Positions 49,254 to 58,976 of a DNA stretch of 64,000 bases are shown here, piece by piece (position 1 is the stretch's first letter; every line of letters begins with the position of its first letter). The position numbers and the translations under genes were made by a program. The DNA lies in the IMG/VR virus record IMGVR_UViG_3300010355_000588. One strand, given 5' to 3'. Under the pieces are notes generated by a model. It ran no database searches. It was given only the letters and a program-made list of their open reading frames with translations, and was not told the origin of the DNA. The stretch comes from a virus. Taxonomy: Duplodnaviria > Caudoviricetes.

Positions 49254-49577
49254 ACTAATTCCAAGACGTGCTTCAGCTAGTTCTTCAGCAGCTATTGCCT
49301 CTGGTTCTAGCCGTCTGAACAAATTCAATAAGGCCCATTTTATTAGTGGCATTCTTTGTCTTTGCCGACGATGTATAAGTTCGTGGACGACACATGGAGT
49401 TAGTTCAAATAGCATATTGGGAGCGTCCATTAGACGGATTCTATCTTGCAAGTAGTCATACGCTCCGAACTTACACTTTGGATCGAAGAAAATTCTAACG
49501 TCAGCCGGGAGACCAAAGCCAGCTTTCTCGACGTAAGACTTCAACTTGTCATATTGTTTTAGAGTTAGCTCTTTCAT
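49245..49577 (-). CDS. Small HExxH zincin-like protein
   Basis: VVHELIH motif with a downstream E.EA. Confidence 0.6.
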   Translation of the reverse strand: MKELTLKQYDKLKSYVEKAGFGLPADVRIFFDPKCKFGAYDYLQDRIRLMDAPNMLFELTPCVVHELIHRRQRQRMPLIKWALLNLFRRLEPEAIAAEELAEARLGISLK

Positions 49578-50386
49578 CTTTCTGGTGGAGAATTCTTATA
49601 TGGATGTATAAGAGGGAGTTTGGATTGAATATTCCATTTCCAAGCCAAATATCCTTCTATTTTTTTATGCAGATTATTATTGCTAAACGACAAATCATTA
49701 GAAAAAACTAAAAGTTCGCCAATATCTCCATTGAATCTTTGAGAGAAATATCTACCTAAAGTAGAATTTAAATTTCCATCTTTAGAACCCTTATCGTTTG
49801 CTGTCGAGCCTACTGATGAAGCATTTAAAAACATTTCTTTTCCATAACTTCCAACTCCGCCATAAACAAACGATAACTGATCTAAAGAAGGCGTGGAATA
49901 TGGATACGTAGAAGTTGAATAGTAATCATTTCCATAATGACCATGCATTATTAGTTGATTTCTCCAACCTAAAACTAACATATTAATGCTTCCATCAAAA
50001 CCGACTACTCCCCAAAACACGTTATCTGAAGAAGTGTTTGCTCCATATTCTGCCGTTCTTGTAATGACACAATATATTGAATATTTTTGGTTTCCACCCA
50101 AATATGGAGAAACAAAATTCATATATTGGTTACCAGAAAATCGAGCAACTGGTTTGGATCCATATGCTGAAACTACATATGAAGGTTCCTCTCCTGCTGG
50201 AGCGGTAGCAATTCTACCATTTTCAGACTTGTCGGCAATACTTTCTATTGCAGTCGAATCTAAAGTCAACGTAGAATAATCATCTATGTCTAACCAAAAT
50301 TGTATGTCTGGAAGATCATTTATGGTTGGTATCCAATATACGGGCATTCCTATTGATCTTCTTCTAAATGGATAAAAAGCTTGCAT
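49574..50386 (-). CDS. LamG/ConA-like lectin-domain virion protein
   Basis: FWLD..D...DKS.NG...FNGDIGELLVF...IEGYLAWKW...LP..HPY. Confidence 0.75.
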   Translation of the reverse strand: MQAFYPFRRRSIGMPVYWIPTINDLPDIQFWLDIDDYSTLTLDSTAIESIADKSENGRIATAPAGEEPSYVVSAYGSKPVARFSGNQYMNFVSPYLGGNQKYSIYCVITRTAEYGANTSSDNVFWGVVGFDGSINMLVLGWRNQLIMHGHYGNDYYSTSTYPYSTPSLDQLSFVYGGVGSYGKEMFLNASSVGSTANDKGSKDGNLNSTLGRYFSQRFNGDIGELLVFSNDLSFSNNNLHKKIEGYLAWKWNIQSKLPLIHPYKNSPPER

Positions 50387-53044
50387 CTATCTAATCCTCA
50401 TCGAATGTGGTCTTGTTGGTGGAATGAAGTTAGCTGTATATCTTGCGATGCCTTTGGATATGCGGAGGTCGTCGATAAGTCGTGTTTCAGTTGAAGTGAA
50501 GTATGAATCAAATCTAAGACAACGACCAATAGCAGCCGACGTAGGAATAAAGCAAGTGCCTGTCCATGTTTTTTCTGCTTTATTTATACCATTTATGAAT
50601 AATCTAAACGTATTACCATATCTAACAAACGCTACATGAGTCCACGTTTGATTAGAAATAGAGTCTGCAGATTCACATTCGACAGTGTACGCACCAGATA
50701 CTATAATATAACCAGAAGGCTTTAAATTGGACGTTCCAAACAATATCATTATAGACGTATTTCCATCTATAGAAATATCTATCATTCCAAAACCTCTGTT
50801 ACCGCTAGTGCCTGCTACAAATACCCAACCTTCTATAGTAAAATCCATATTAGAAAACGACAAATCTGACATATTATCTAGATTAACTACATCTGTACCT
50901 ATATTGTTTATTTGTAGACTACCTTTTCCGAACTTTGGTCCAGTCGTACTGATTTGGGCGTTTCCACTAGGAGTCAAGACATGTCTTTGAGCAAGGTCTT
51001 TTATTCCAGAGTCAAAAGAGCAAAGTAATACTGTATACGGATCGATCTGACCTTTTTGGATATACTTATCGAAAGGTCTGCCTTGAGGTGTGAAGTTGGA
51101 AGTATATCGAGCAACACCATTAGTAATTCGAAAACCATCAAATTTACCATTTGTATATGCTGCTATACTACCGCCATATCTATCAGCTCCAATTAATAAG
51201 GTAGCAGCTAAATTTGGAAATGTTCCAACTGACGCACTACCTATGACCGTTCCATTAATATATGCTTTAGCTGTACCACCACTCCAAACTAATGCTATGT
51301 GAGACCAAGCACCCGTAGATATACCATGAGCAGCAACAAGATTTAGTATGTTAGGAGATGCAGATGCTGAAAACGATTTGAAATTTAAATTTGTCGCATC
51401 AAGAAAACATAGCGTTCTGTTGTTGTTATCAACATATTGATCTACAATTGTTTCTTCCGTTAGAGTAGAGGGATAAAACCAAGTTTCAATCGTTCCTTCT
51501 GATCCAAAAGCCCAATCAGCCGAGTCGAGAATTGATATATAATCTCCATTGCCATCTAATATAAGACAACTATTTCCAAACTTCTTATCAGCAGTAGTTA
51601 ACTTAGCATCTCCAGCTGCAGTCAAGGTGTGTCGGCCTGCTTCATCCACAAACTTCGTCGAGTTGTTTTCCCCTTCGAAATTACTGAGAAGAACTGTATA
51701 TGGATCAACGTCGCGTTCCTTAGTAGGAGAAAGAGCTCTTGGGGGTGGAGTAAAATTCGCAGTATATCTAGCTACGTTTGAAATGCGCAAATCGTCGAGT
51801 TTGCCGTTAAAATGAGCTGGATAGCCAGAATTTCTATAGCCTAGAAAAACCGGTTCCGATGAACTCAAAGAATGTGCTGATGCTGACGATCCGTCTTGCA
51901 CGCCGTTGACAAAAAAACGCAATGTTCCAGACGCCCTACATGCAGCGATATGCACCCATTGGTTTCTTGTCATAGCTGCAGATGAGTTTAGTATATATGA
52001 CGCACCTGTTCGAAAACTCAAAAGATCACCGCCTGCGTCGCTCAAAATTTGCCAAGACCATTGCGACGCAGTTTCTGGATTTCCTCTCGCTATTATTGTC
52101 GTATGTTGTGATGCTGGATTGTAATCCCAATATATCCATACCTCCAGGGTAAAATCTCCCGTTCCAAAATCCCAATCTGCCGAATCTACTATACTCAAAT
52201 AATCCCCTGTACCATCAAACAACCCACACCCAACACCGTATTTAGGACCTGATGTAGTAATCTGAGCATCACCCTGAGCCGCTGGTGTATGACGTCCAGT
52301 AGAATCAGAAAAATCCTCATCAAAGTTCATCAATAGAACTGTATTTGGATCTACCGGATTCGTTTCAACGTATTTGGTAAGCCTCTTAGGTGGAATGAAG
52401 TTAGAAGTATATCTAGCAATCCCCTTTGATATTCGAAGATCGTCGATCTTACCATTAAAATGCGCGGGATAGCCTGCATTTCTATATCCAATAATAAAAT
52501 CAGCTGCACTTGTCAAATTAGTTGAATTGGTAGCACTACCGTCTTGCACACCATTTATAAATTGTCTTAATGATGTTCCTTGCCTACTTAAAACAATATG
52601 AACCCATTGATTTTTACTAACAGCGGCGGTAGAGGTCAATATTGTGCTACCACCAGATCTAAATATTAGCTTATCACCACCACCTTCTGACAATATAAGC
52701 CATGACCACTCGCCCGAAGTTTCCGGATCTCGTTTACCCATTATTGTAGTATGTTGACCAGCAACATTATTATTCCAATTAATCCAAGCTTCTAGTGTAA
52801 AATCAATAGTACCAAAATTCATATCAGAACTACTAGTAGCACTAATATAATCCCCATTACCATCCAATAGCAAACATCCTTGACCATATTTTGGACTAAC
52901 TGTAGATCTTTGGGCATCTCCTGTGGGTGTTAAAGTATGCCTACCAACATCATCAACAATTGAAGAATCAAAACCACAAAGTAGAACCGTATATGGATCT
53001 ATTTCTCTCTGCTTAGATTTTCCTGCAGTAGCCGGAATTATCAT
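50387..53044 (-). CDS. Receptor-binding protein with four tandem LamG/ConA-like domains
   Basis: Four repeats of DP.TVLL..F...DFT.E.W...W.H.A...F.NG...IDDLRISKG.ARYT.NF.PP. Confidence 0.85.
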   Translation of the reverse strand: MIIPATAGKSKQREIDPYTVLLCGFDSSIVDDVGRHTLTPTGDAQRSTVSPKYGQGCLLLDGNGDYISATSSSDMNFGTIDFTLEAWINWNNNVAGQHTTIMGKRDPETSGEWSWLILSEGGGDKLIFRSGGSTILTSTAAVSKNQWVHIVLSRQGTSLRQFINGVQDGSATNSTNLTSAADFIIGYRNAGYPAHFNGKIDDLRISKGIARYTSNFIPPKRLTKYVETNPVDPNTVLLMNFDEDFSDSTGRHTPAAQGDAQITTSGPKYGVGCGLFDGTGDYLSIVDSADWDFGTGDFTLEVWIYWDYNPASQHTTIIARGNPETASQWSWQILSDAGGDLLSFRTGASYILNSSAAMTRNQWVHIAACRASGTLRFFVNGVQDGSSASAHSLSSSEPVFLGYRNSGYPAHFNGKLDDLRISNVARYTANFTPPPRALSPTKERDVDPYTVLLSNFEGENNSTKFVDEAGRHTLTAAGDAKLTTADKKFGNSCLILDGNGDYISILDSADWAFGSEGTIETWFYPSTLTEETIVDQYVDNNNRTLCFLDATNLNFKSFSASASPNILNLVAAHGISTGAWSHIALVWSGGTAKAYINGTVIGSASVGTFPNLAATLLIGADRYGGSIAAYTNGKFDGFRITNGVARYTSNFTPQGRPFDKYIQKGQIDPYTVLLCSFDSGIKDLAQRHVLTPSGNAQISTTGPKFGKGSLQINNIGTDVVNLDNMSDLSFSNMDFTIEGWVFVAGTSGNRGFGMIDISIDGNTSIMILFGTSNLKPSGYIIVSGAYTVECESADSISNQTWTHVAFVRYGNTFRLFINGINKAEKTWTGTCFIPTSAAIGRCLRFDSYFTSTETRLIDDLRISKGIARYTANFIPPTRPHSMRIR

Positions 53045-53054
53045 GTAGAATCCT

Positions 53055-54866
53055 TTAGGTTACGTCGTAGTTTGGAACTATCCAAGCATTTTCAGATATT
53101 CTCTTCAGCGTACATCCCTGCCACTGTGCAACAACTACATATCCACCGTCAAGTCCGTTGAGAGTCACACCAGCATCTGCATCGATGAGCAAGTTGCCTG
53201 CTCCAATGTTGTCGATGTCTAGAACGGATCCATTGACATATGCGGTATTTGCCTGAGTCTTTATTGCAAGCGTAACATCGGTAGCCTTATTGGCTCTAAG
53301 GCCACCCTTAGTGAAGTGAACTAGGGCTAGGTCAGTATTGGCAGTAATTTCAGTGGTCACTATATTGCCAGCATCTACTGCCACTGAATCTCCAGATACG
53401 TCGCCTCTAATGTATTGACCATATTCGGTTATGGGGCTGTCAAATCCACCAGTTGTTTCTCCGCCCAATAGACTTTCCAAGGTAATCCGTTTCTTGTTGT
53501 AGGAGTCTTCCGAGTCCTCAATAATCACGATGTCTGCAGAGACAGGAGTTGCCTTCAGATCCAAAGCATATATTTCTCCACTGACATTGAAATGAAACGC
53601 ACTAAGGTCAGTCCCAACACCAGATTCTCCAGAAACTCCGTCAGCGCCGGGGGCTCCAGATAATCCTGCGGGTCCAGTTATCGTCGATAAGGCAACTAGA
53701 TTTTCCCAATCAGATCCACTCCGAATATCTTTCCACATCAAGTAGTCGCCAGACTGTTGCAGTGATACCGGAGTAAAGAATCCGTTCAGAGCATCCTTGT
53801 AACGAACTTTGAGACCTAGAAGAAGAGCATCTCCAGTGTAAGTGTCAGTTCCAGATTCAGCATCACGTTCTACTGATACATATATGAGATCGTCGTCTAC
53901 CGGAGTTCTGTTGAAGCCAATTTCGTTCGTAAGGGTGGTATAGTGCAAGCCACTGACGTCAGTAAAGATATCAGTGACCGTATGTTCCGAACCCCAAGTT
54001 CCAGTTATTTCTTCGTTGTTTCCAACTGCTCTGGCCTTTAGTTTCCATCTGACAGATCCGGTCGTTTCGTCGAATCCAGTCCAATATAGCTTGGCTCGAA
54101 ACGATTCCTTGTCCCAGGTATTTGGCATAGCTATCTTGAAGTAGGCATTTGAATTGGTATCTGGTCCAAAGGTCATTAGATCTTGGACAGAGTCAGCAAA
54201 TTCGAACAGGTCGGCACTTGTCGGGGCAAGCGGAGCTAATGCCCCGGCATCGACCCAGAAGTGTCTATATACTTCAATGGATTCGACCATTTCTGAAGAT
54301 ACCGCGGCAAGAGAAGCCAACCCTAGAACATATGGAGAGATTTTTTGTTCTTCTCCATCAGCAGCTGAATGCAATCTAAGCAGGTCGTTGGTTATGTCTA
54401 AACTAGTTACTGTGCTTAGATCGATTATCGGAGTGTATGAACTATGTCCAGAGATGACTGAAATGACATTGTCCAAGGCATCCTGGACGTTTTCAGCAGA
54501 TAACATTCCAGTAGTGTCTTCATAAGAAATATTAGAAGCTGATAACGAAGGAATTCTATCTTTTAGTTCATCAATAGCATCTTGAACGTTTGTGGCAGAT
54601 AGCTCAGATGTTTCATTGTCATAACTAATATCTTCAGCAGTTGCGGTCGATCCTGTACCTACTTCACGCCATAATGGATTGCTAGCTGTATTTCTATAAC
54701 ATTGCCAAATTTTGTTGGGAACCGTCGAAGTGTCGATGGCAAGGTCCCCGATTCTAGCTCCCTTGTCAGCTCCGGTATAGTTTATGTCGATGTGGTTCGG
54801 CGCTTCTCCACCACCAGAGAACAGCCATTTCTTTGGAGATAGGGTATTTAATTGGACATTAGCCAT
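53055..54866 (-). CDS. Tail fibre/adaptor protein with a short collagen-like segment
   Basis: A..ISY.....LSA.NVQDA.D repeats and GPAGLSGAPGADGVSGESG; late promoter GATAAATA at 54901-54908. Confidence 0.7.
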   Translation of the reverse strand: MANVQLNTLSPKKWLFSGGGEAPNHIDINYTGADKGARIGDLAIDTSTVPNKIWQCYRNTASNPLWREVGTGSTATAEDISYDNETSELSATNVQDAIDELKDRIPSLSASNISYEDTTGMLSAENVQDALDNVISVISGHSSYTPIIDLSTVTSLDITNDLLRLHSAADGEEQKISPYVLGLASLAAVSSEMVESIEVYRHFWVDAGALAPLAPTSADLFEFADSVQDLMTFGPDTNSNAYFKIAMPNTWDKESFRAKLYWTGFDETTGSVRWKLKARAVGNNEEITGTWGSEHTVTDIFTDVSGLHYTTLTNEIGFNRTPVDDDLIYVSVERDAESGTDTYTGDALLLGLKVRYKDALNGFFTPVSLQQSGDYLMWKDIRSGSDWENLVALSTITGPAGLSGAPGADGVSGESGVGTDLSAFHFNVSGEIYALDLKATPVSADIVIIEDSEDSYNKKRITLESLLGGETTGGFDSPITEYGQYIRGDVSGDSVAVDAGNIVTTEITANTDLALVHFTKGGLRANKATDVTLAIKTQANTAYVNGSVLDIDNIGAGNLLIDADAGVTLNGLDGGYVVVAQWQGCTLKRISENAWIVPNYDVT

Positions 54867-54925
54867 GTTTTGATCTCGCTTAGGTTATATTGTACTATAG
54901 TATTTATCTATATTTAGGAGCAGCT

Positions 54926-55345
54926 ATGAAACGAAACACCAATATGCTATCTAAAAGATTGCTTGAAATAGAAGAAGAACTTAGAGCAGATCTAGAGTTG
55001 TCTGAAATAACCCTCCATGACAAAAGCATGAGGTGTCCTGGCATAAAGCTGAAGTGGCTGAAGATCCAGTTCGAAGAGCAACGAATGCTGGCTAGACTCG
55101 AGCAAGAAAAGGAAAAGATTCAAGATCAGTATAAGGCTTCTTATGGCGACCGTGGAGAGAAGACATATGTAGCAGCTTCCAATATTGCCAAGAAGCTCAA
55201 AGCAGATGAGAACTACGACAAGATCGAACAGGCTATTGAACTACAAAAAGAAGTGCTCCGTTTTTTAGACGGAGCATTGAAGTTGATGCGTGAGTTTTCG
55301 TACGATATTTCTAATTCTATCAAGATCGTACAACTGGAGAACTAA
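54926..55345 (+). CDS. uvsY: UvsY-like recombination mediator
   Basis: 139-aa helical protein, DLEL.E..L...S...P....KW...FSYDISNSIKI; AGGAG RBS before ATG 54926; same strand as uvsW. Confidence 0.7.
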   Translation: MKRNTNMLSKRLLEIEEELRADLELSEITLHDKSMRCPGIKLKWLKIQFEEQRMLARLEQEKEKIQDQYKASYGDRGEKTYVAASNIAKKLKADENYDKIEQAIELQKEVLRFLDGALKLMREFSYDISNSIKIVQLEN

Positions 55346-55354
55346 CTATTTCAG

Positions 55355-55654
55355 TTATTTCTTTTTCTTTCCTTCTACCTTGACGACGACTTTCTTTTCC
55401 TTCTCGCTATCTTCATCGTCTTCGTCGCCTTCCTCTTCTTCGCCTTCTTCATTTTCATCGTCCTCGTGGTCTTCGCCTTCTTCTCCTTCACCATCCATAA
55501 TCATTTTCTTGGTTTTTTTGCTGTCGCACTCTTTCTTTTTCTTATCATCAGCATCGCCATCTTTGCTGTTGTTGATAAGTTCCATTGTGGTTTTTTGTTT
55601 GGCTTCTTCGAGCTCAAGCACTTCTTCGACAAACTGCATAAAATTCTTCTTCAT
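55355..55654 (-). CDS. Highly acidic/basic small protein, prohead core-like
   Basis: MKKNFMQFVEEVLELEE-A followed by a D/E-rich low-complexity stretch. Confidence 0.6.
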   Translation of the reverse strand: MKKNFMQFVEEVLELEEAKQKTTMELINNSKDGDADDKKKKECDSKKTKKMIMDGEGEEGEDHEDDENEEGEEEEGDEDDEDSEKEKKVVVKVEGKKKK

Positions 55655-55683
55655 GGTTTCACCTTTAGGTTGTTTGTAAATTG

Positions 55684-56073
55684 TTATCTAAAATTCGAAT
55701 GCGTAACACGAACTTGCGGATATCCATCATTAGGCAGATCCACCACTATCTTTGCGGTAACTGTTTTGCCATTTGGGCGTTTTACAGTTCTTGGGGCGGA
55801 CTCCATACTATCAACGGCAGGCATCCAACCTTTCGAATTTTTGACTTGTTTGAAGCCAATTCCTTTTAAAGCCTTGATAGCATCTTCTTTTGAAGCAAAT
55901 TCTAACGTAGGACCACCTTCACCTGGAGCAGGATTGGTATTATATCCACTACGGACGTTGAATTTCTTAGCTAATTCAAGCGCAATAGTAGTGCTTGCTC
56001 CCCTAGCAAGTAGATCGTCAGAAATCTCAAAAGATTCAGCAATGATTTGTTCGACAAATTTTAAAAATTTCAT
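55684..56073 (-). CDS. Putative internal head protein (MKF leader)
   Basis: MKFLKFVEQIIAE-SF; AATAAATA at 56093-56100. Confidence 0.65.
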   Translation of the reverse strand: MKFLKFVEQIIAESFEISDDLLARGASTTIALELAKKFNVRSGYNTNPAPGEGGPTLEFASKEDAIKALKGIGFKQVKNSKGWMPAVDSMESAPRTVKRPNGKTVTAKIVVDLPNDGYPQVRVTHSNFR

Positions 56074-56095
56074 GAATGTATCCTTACTAATTTAT

Positions 56096-57187
56096 TTATT
56101 TTATTTGAAGCCCAATTCTATCTTTCCATCCATTGGTAGAATTCTTGGATCTAAATTTGACCTTTAGATCTGAGCCTTCTTTGATAGAAAACGAAGGTTT
56201 GGATCCTCTCAGATTCACCATAACATATTTTACCTTCAAAAATTCATTTATGGTCTTCTCAAATATTTTAACGTACTTATCGCCGTTCAGTACAGAAATG
56301 GCAGCTTTCTCTATAGCATATCGTTGAGCTCCGTCGTCCATGTTCGAAGAATCATACTTGATTCCAAACATGTCAGCCAAATCATATGGAGCCATTTTTA
56401 TGCTAGACGTCGAGAGTATCTCTATGATTTTAGATATCTCGTCGTTCTTGTTTTGGAATAGATCAGCAATATCCTTAAGCTTTATGACGTTTGTAGTAGA
56501 GGCGTCAGCCTTAACTGAATATTTCTTGTCTCCATCCTTAGTTCTTATCATGAAGTCTATGAGTGGATAGTTTCCAGCCTCGGGAATGAATATGTATCCA
56601 TTTCTTGTCTGCTTGGCTGCTTCAATGGCAGCCAAAATTTCACCAAAGTTCTTTTCGACCTGAGCCAGATCCGAACCAAGTTCTTTAGCTAAGGTAGCAT
56701 ATTCTCTGGACGAACCGGTGGTGGTTGCTTCAACTGCTGCCTTTAAGAACATTTTCACCTTTTCTGGCAGATCAATTCTATTGTCTATGGAATTCATAAC
56801 ATTGCTAACGAAAGTTTTTACGTCATATTCTTTTCCGACGACGCCTTCGAAGTCCTGTGGTTTTACCTTCAATCCTTCTGAGCTTTTAGCCCATTTCATA
56901 TTGACGTCTTTTGGAGAAGTGGTGTCAGAAGTAGTATATATGATTAGAGCAAGTTTGGAAGTGCTGGAAAGGCAGCGCAATAGAAAGCCATTGTTAGATT
57001 CTTTCTTGAATTTTCTAACTTCGTCGAATTCGGATACGTTGGGAGGCGAAGTGAACCGTTCTATAGAATCCAACACATATTTGTGGCCACTACTCAAATC
57101 TTGCAGTTCGTCGCCAACATGACTTGCGTGAGTTATCCCACGCCCTTCGTTCAATCTTTCGTCAAAATATTCCAAAAATCTCATCAA
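56096..57187 (-). CDS. Putative internal head protein with a PD-(D/E)xK nuclease-like motif
   Basis: MRFLEYFDERLNE-G leader; KNFGEILA...P..GNYPLIDF...YSVK pattern. Confidence 0.55.
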   Translation of the reverse strand: MMRFLEYFDERLNEGRGITHASHVGDELQDLSSGHKYVLDSIERFTSPPNVSEFDEVRKFKKESNNGFLLRCLSSTSKLALIIYTTSDTTSPKDVNMKWAKSSEGLKVKPQDFEGVVGKEYDVKTFVSNVMNSIDNRIDLPEKVKMFLKAAVEATTTGSSREYATLAKELGSDLAQVEKNFGEILAAIEAAKQTRNGYIFIPEAGNYPLIDFMIRTKDGDKKYSVKADASTTNVIKLKDIADLFQNKNDEISKIIEILSTSSIKMAPYDLADMFGIKYDSSNMDDGAQRYAIEKAAISVLNGDKYVKIFEKTINEFLKVKYVMVNLRGSKPSFSIKEGSDLKVKFRSKNSTNGWKDRIGLQIK

Positions 57188-58203
57188 TAATCTCCATATA
57201 CTGAGTCTGAGTTAGTCTTATCAACCGCATCAACTTCCGTTAGGTTATAGTCAAATATGTCCTTAGCTACGTTGTTCTTATCTATGCTGTCTTTAGCTAG
57301 TTCTGAGTCGTTCGTTCGAATTTCCTGCTGGAGCTCTCCTACCACATTTTCCTTGGACGGGGTTCTCCTTACCATACTACACTTCCAGATATATTTAGCC
57401 AGCAACGGATTCAGCCCGTCAGTCTGAAGGTCCCTATCAGCTACCCTGGTTATCTCATATTCTTCCTTATTGACTGGATCGAAATCTATCCTAAAGAAAT
57501 CCCCAACCTGAGGAGCCACTCCCCAATTTGTGTTCGAATCGATTGGAATGGGGGCATAATAGTTTATCTCTCCAATAGCAACTCCAGACACGTTTCCAGA
57601 AGCATCTATCAGTTCGTAGTCTCCCTCCATGTCGCCAGATACCAGAGGAGTCCATGGATATTCGTTTGGCCAAAGCAATCTTCCATTGACTTTACGCTTT
57701 TGAGGAATCAGATCAGATTGGAACAGATACGAATCTGAATCCCCAAATGCTGAGACGAAACCAGTCAATGTGTCATTGAAGGCATATCCAGAGACCAATC
57801 CAGAGACATTGCCATATAGATTAGCTGACATGGTTTCAGCGGTGATGGTTCCGAATCTGTCGCGGAATTGCTCATCAAAGTCCTGGATGGTGAAGTAGAT
57901 GTTGGCTTGTGCATCAGTCTCGATACCAAACTTGTTAAGAAGAAATGAGTCGCCCATCATCTCCATGTAGACAACCATGTTGCCAGATAGATAATAGGCA
58001 GCGGTGGTATCTTCTCCATATATCGGGCACGCATAACCAGAAGGAGCTTCGAAAAATCGATTCAACTTTCTAAAATATATGACATCAATTCCATAGGAGT
58101 AAATCTGGTCTCGGTAATATTCTTTCTGAAGATCCTGTTCGCTTTGCAGCATGGACCTCTTTAGAAAGCGAAGTTGATTGCTGTTGAAAAGCGAGTTGTC
58201 CAT
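57184..58203 (-). CDS. gp14: Neck protein gp14-like with an internal insertion
   Basis: EYYRDQI..YGIDVIYF...YGED...LLNKFGI...PQVGD; follows gp13. Confidence 0.75.
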   Translation of the reverse strand: MDNSLFNSNQLRFLKRSMLQSEQDLQKEYYRDQIYSYGIDVIYFRKLNRFFEAPSGYACPIYGEDTTAAYYLSGNMVVYMEMMGDSFLLNKFGIETDAQANIYFTIQDFDEQFRDRFGTITAETMSANLYGNVSGLVSGYAFNDTLTGFVSAFGDSDSYLFQSDLIPQKRKVNGRLLWPNEYPWTPLVSGDMEGDYELIDASGNVSGVAIGEINYYAPIPIDSNTNWGVAPQVGDFFRIDFDPVNKEEYEITRVADRDLQTDGLNPLLAKYIWKCSMVRRTPSKENVVGELQQEIRTNDSELAKDSIDKNNVAKDIFDYNLTEVDAVDKTNSDSVYGDY

Positions 58204-58205
58204 TA

Positions 58206-58967
58206 TTACATCACCAAGAATCCATAGATGCCGCCTTCAGTGGCTCTGAGTTCTTCTTCAAGTTTGTCACGTTCTTCCTTGCCTTCAGATCCAATTTCTG
58301 CGTTTATTGAGCCACCACCTAGAAGCTGGGTGCCCTGGAATTTAGAGCGGATAGTGCCTAGCAGGATCTTGCACTCAGCTAGAGCATATCGCTTCACCCA
58401 GAATTCTCCATTCATCTGTTCTTCTGGACGCAAGATATGACAAGAGACAATGATATGACCATAGTGTCCAGCTTTCTTTGGATCTGGCGTAAGCTTAAGA
58501 TATTTGGTTCTTGGGTTATATTCGAACTGAAAGCCGCCGCCAGTCATTTTCTTTAGCAGTTCGATATATTGCATGGATAGATCCCAAGTGACCCAACCAC
58601 CTGCCTGCCGGAACATAGAAGAGCCAGGGATTGCTGTAGTTCCAGAATTGAATAGCTGATTGGGAACCGAAAACAAAGTATTGATGCCTTTTCCCATCGA
58701 TACGTCGTTTTCTTCCAAGGCATGTACAGCTACTACGTTTGATGGAAGCTGAACCCCAACGCCCTCGACATATTCTTCCAAGTCTATAGCATAATGGTCT
58801 GATCCCATGTCAGCATATTTGGAAAATAGTTCGATGGCGTTGTCGATGCAAAAGTCAACTTGATCTTCAGTAAGCTCCACCCTGATTAGAGGAGCTCCCA
58901 ACATGTGAAGAATCCAGCGCTTCAGATTGTCCCTGGTTTTTACTCCAAAGTCTAAATAGGTAGACAT
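58206..58967 (-). CDS. gp13: Neck protein gp13-like
   Basis: LGAPLIRVELTEDQVDFCID.A...WVKRYALA..K..LG.IRSKF...L.GG...N. Confidence 0.88.
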   Translation of the reverse strand: MSTYLDFGVKTRDNLKRWILHMLGAPLIRVELTEDQVDFCIDNAIELFSKYADMGSDHYAIDLEEYVEGVGVQLPSNVVAVHALEENDVSMGKGINTLFSVPNQLFNSGTTAIPGSSMFRQAGGWVTWDLSMQYIELLKKMTGGGFQFEYNPRTKYLKLTPDPKKAGHYGHIIVSCHILRPEEQMNGEFWVKRYALAECKILLGTIRSKFQGTQLLGGGSINAEIGSEGKEERDKLEEELRATEGGIYGFLVM

Positions 58968-58976
58968 TAGATATCC

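Noticed and set aside
50387-53044. Diversity-generating retroelement acting on the repeated lectin domains
   Set aside because: No reverse transcriptase in the window. The repeats are in-frame protein domains with general divergence, not an adenine-specific TR/VR pair.
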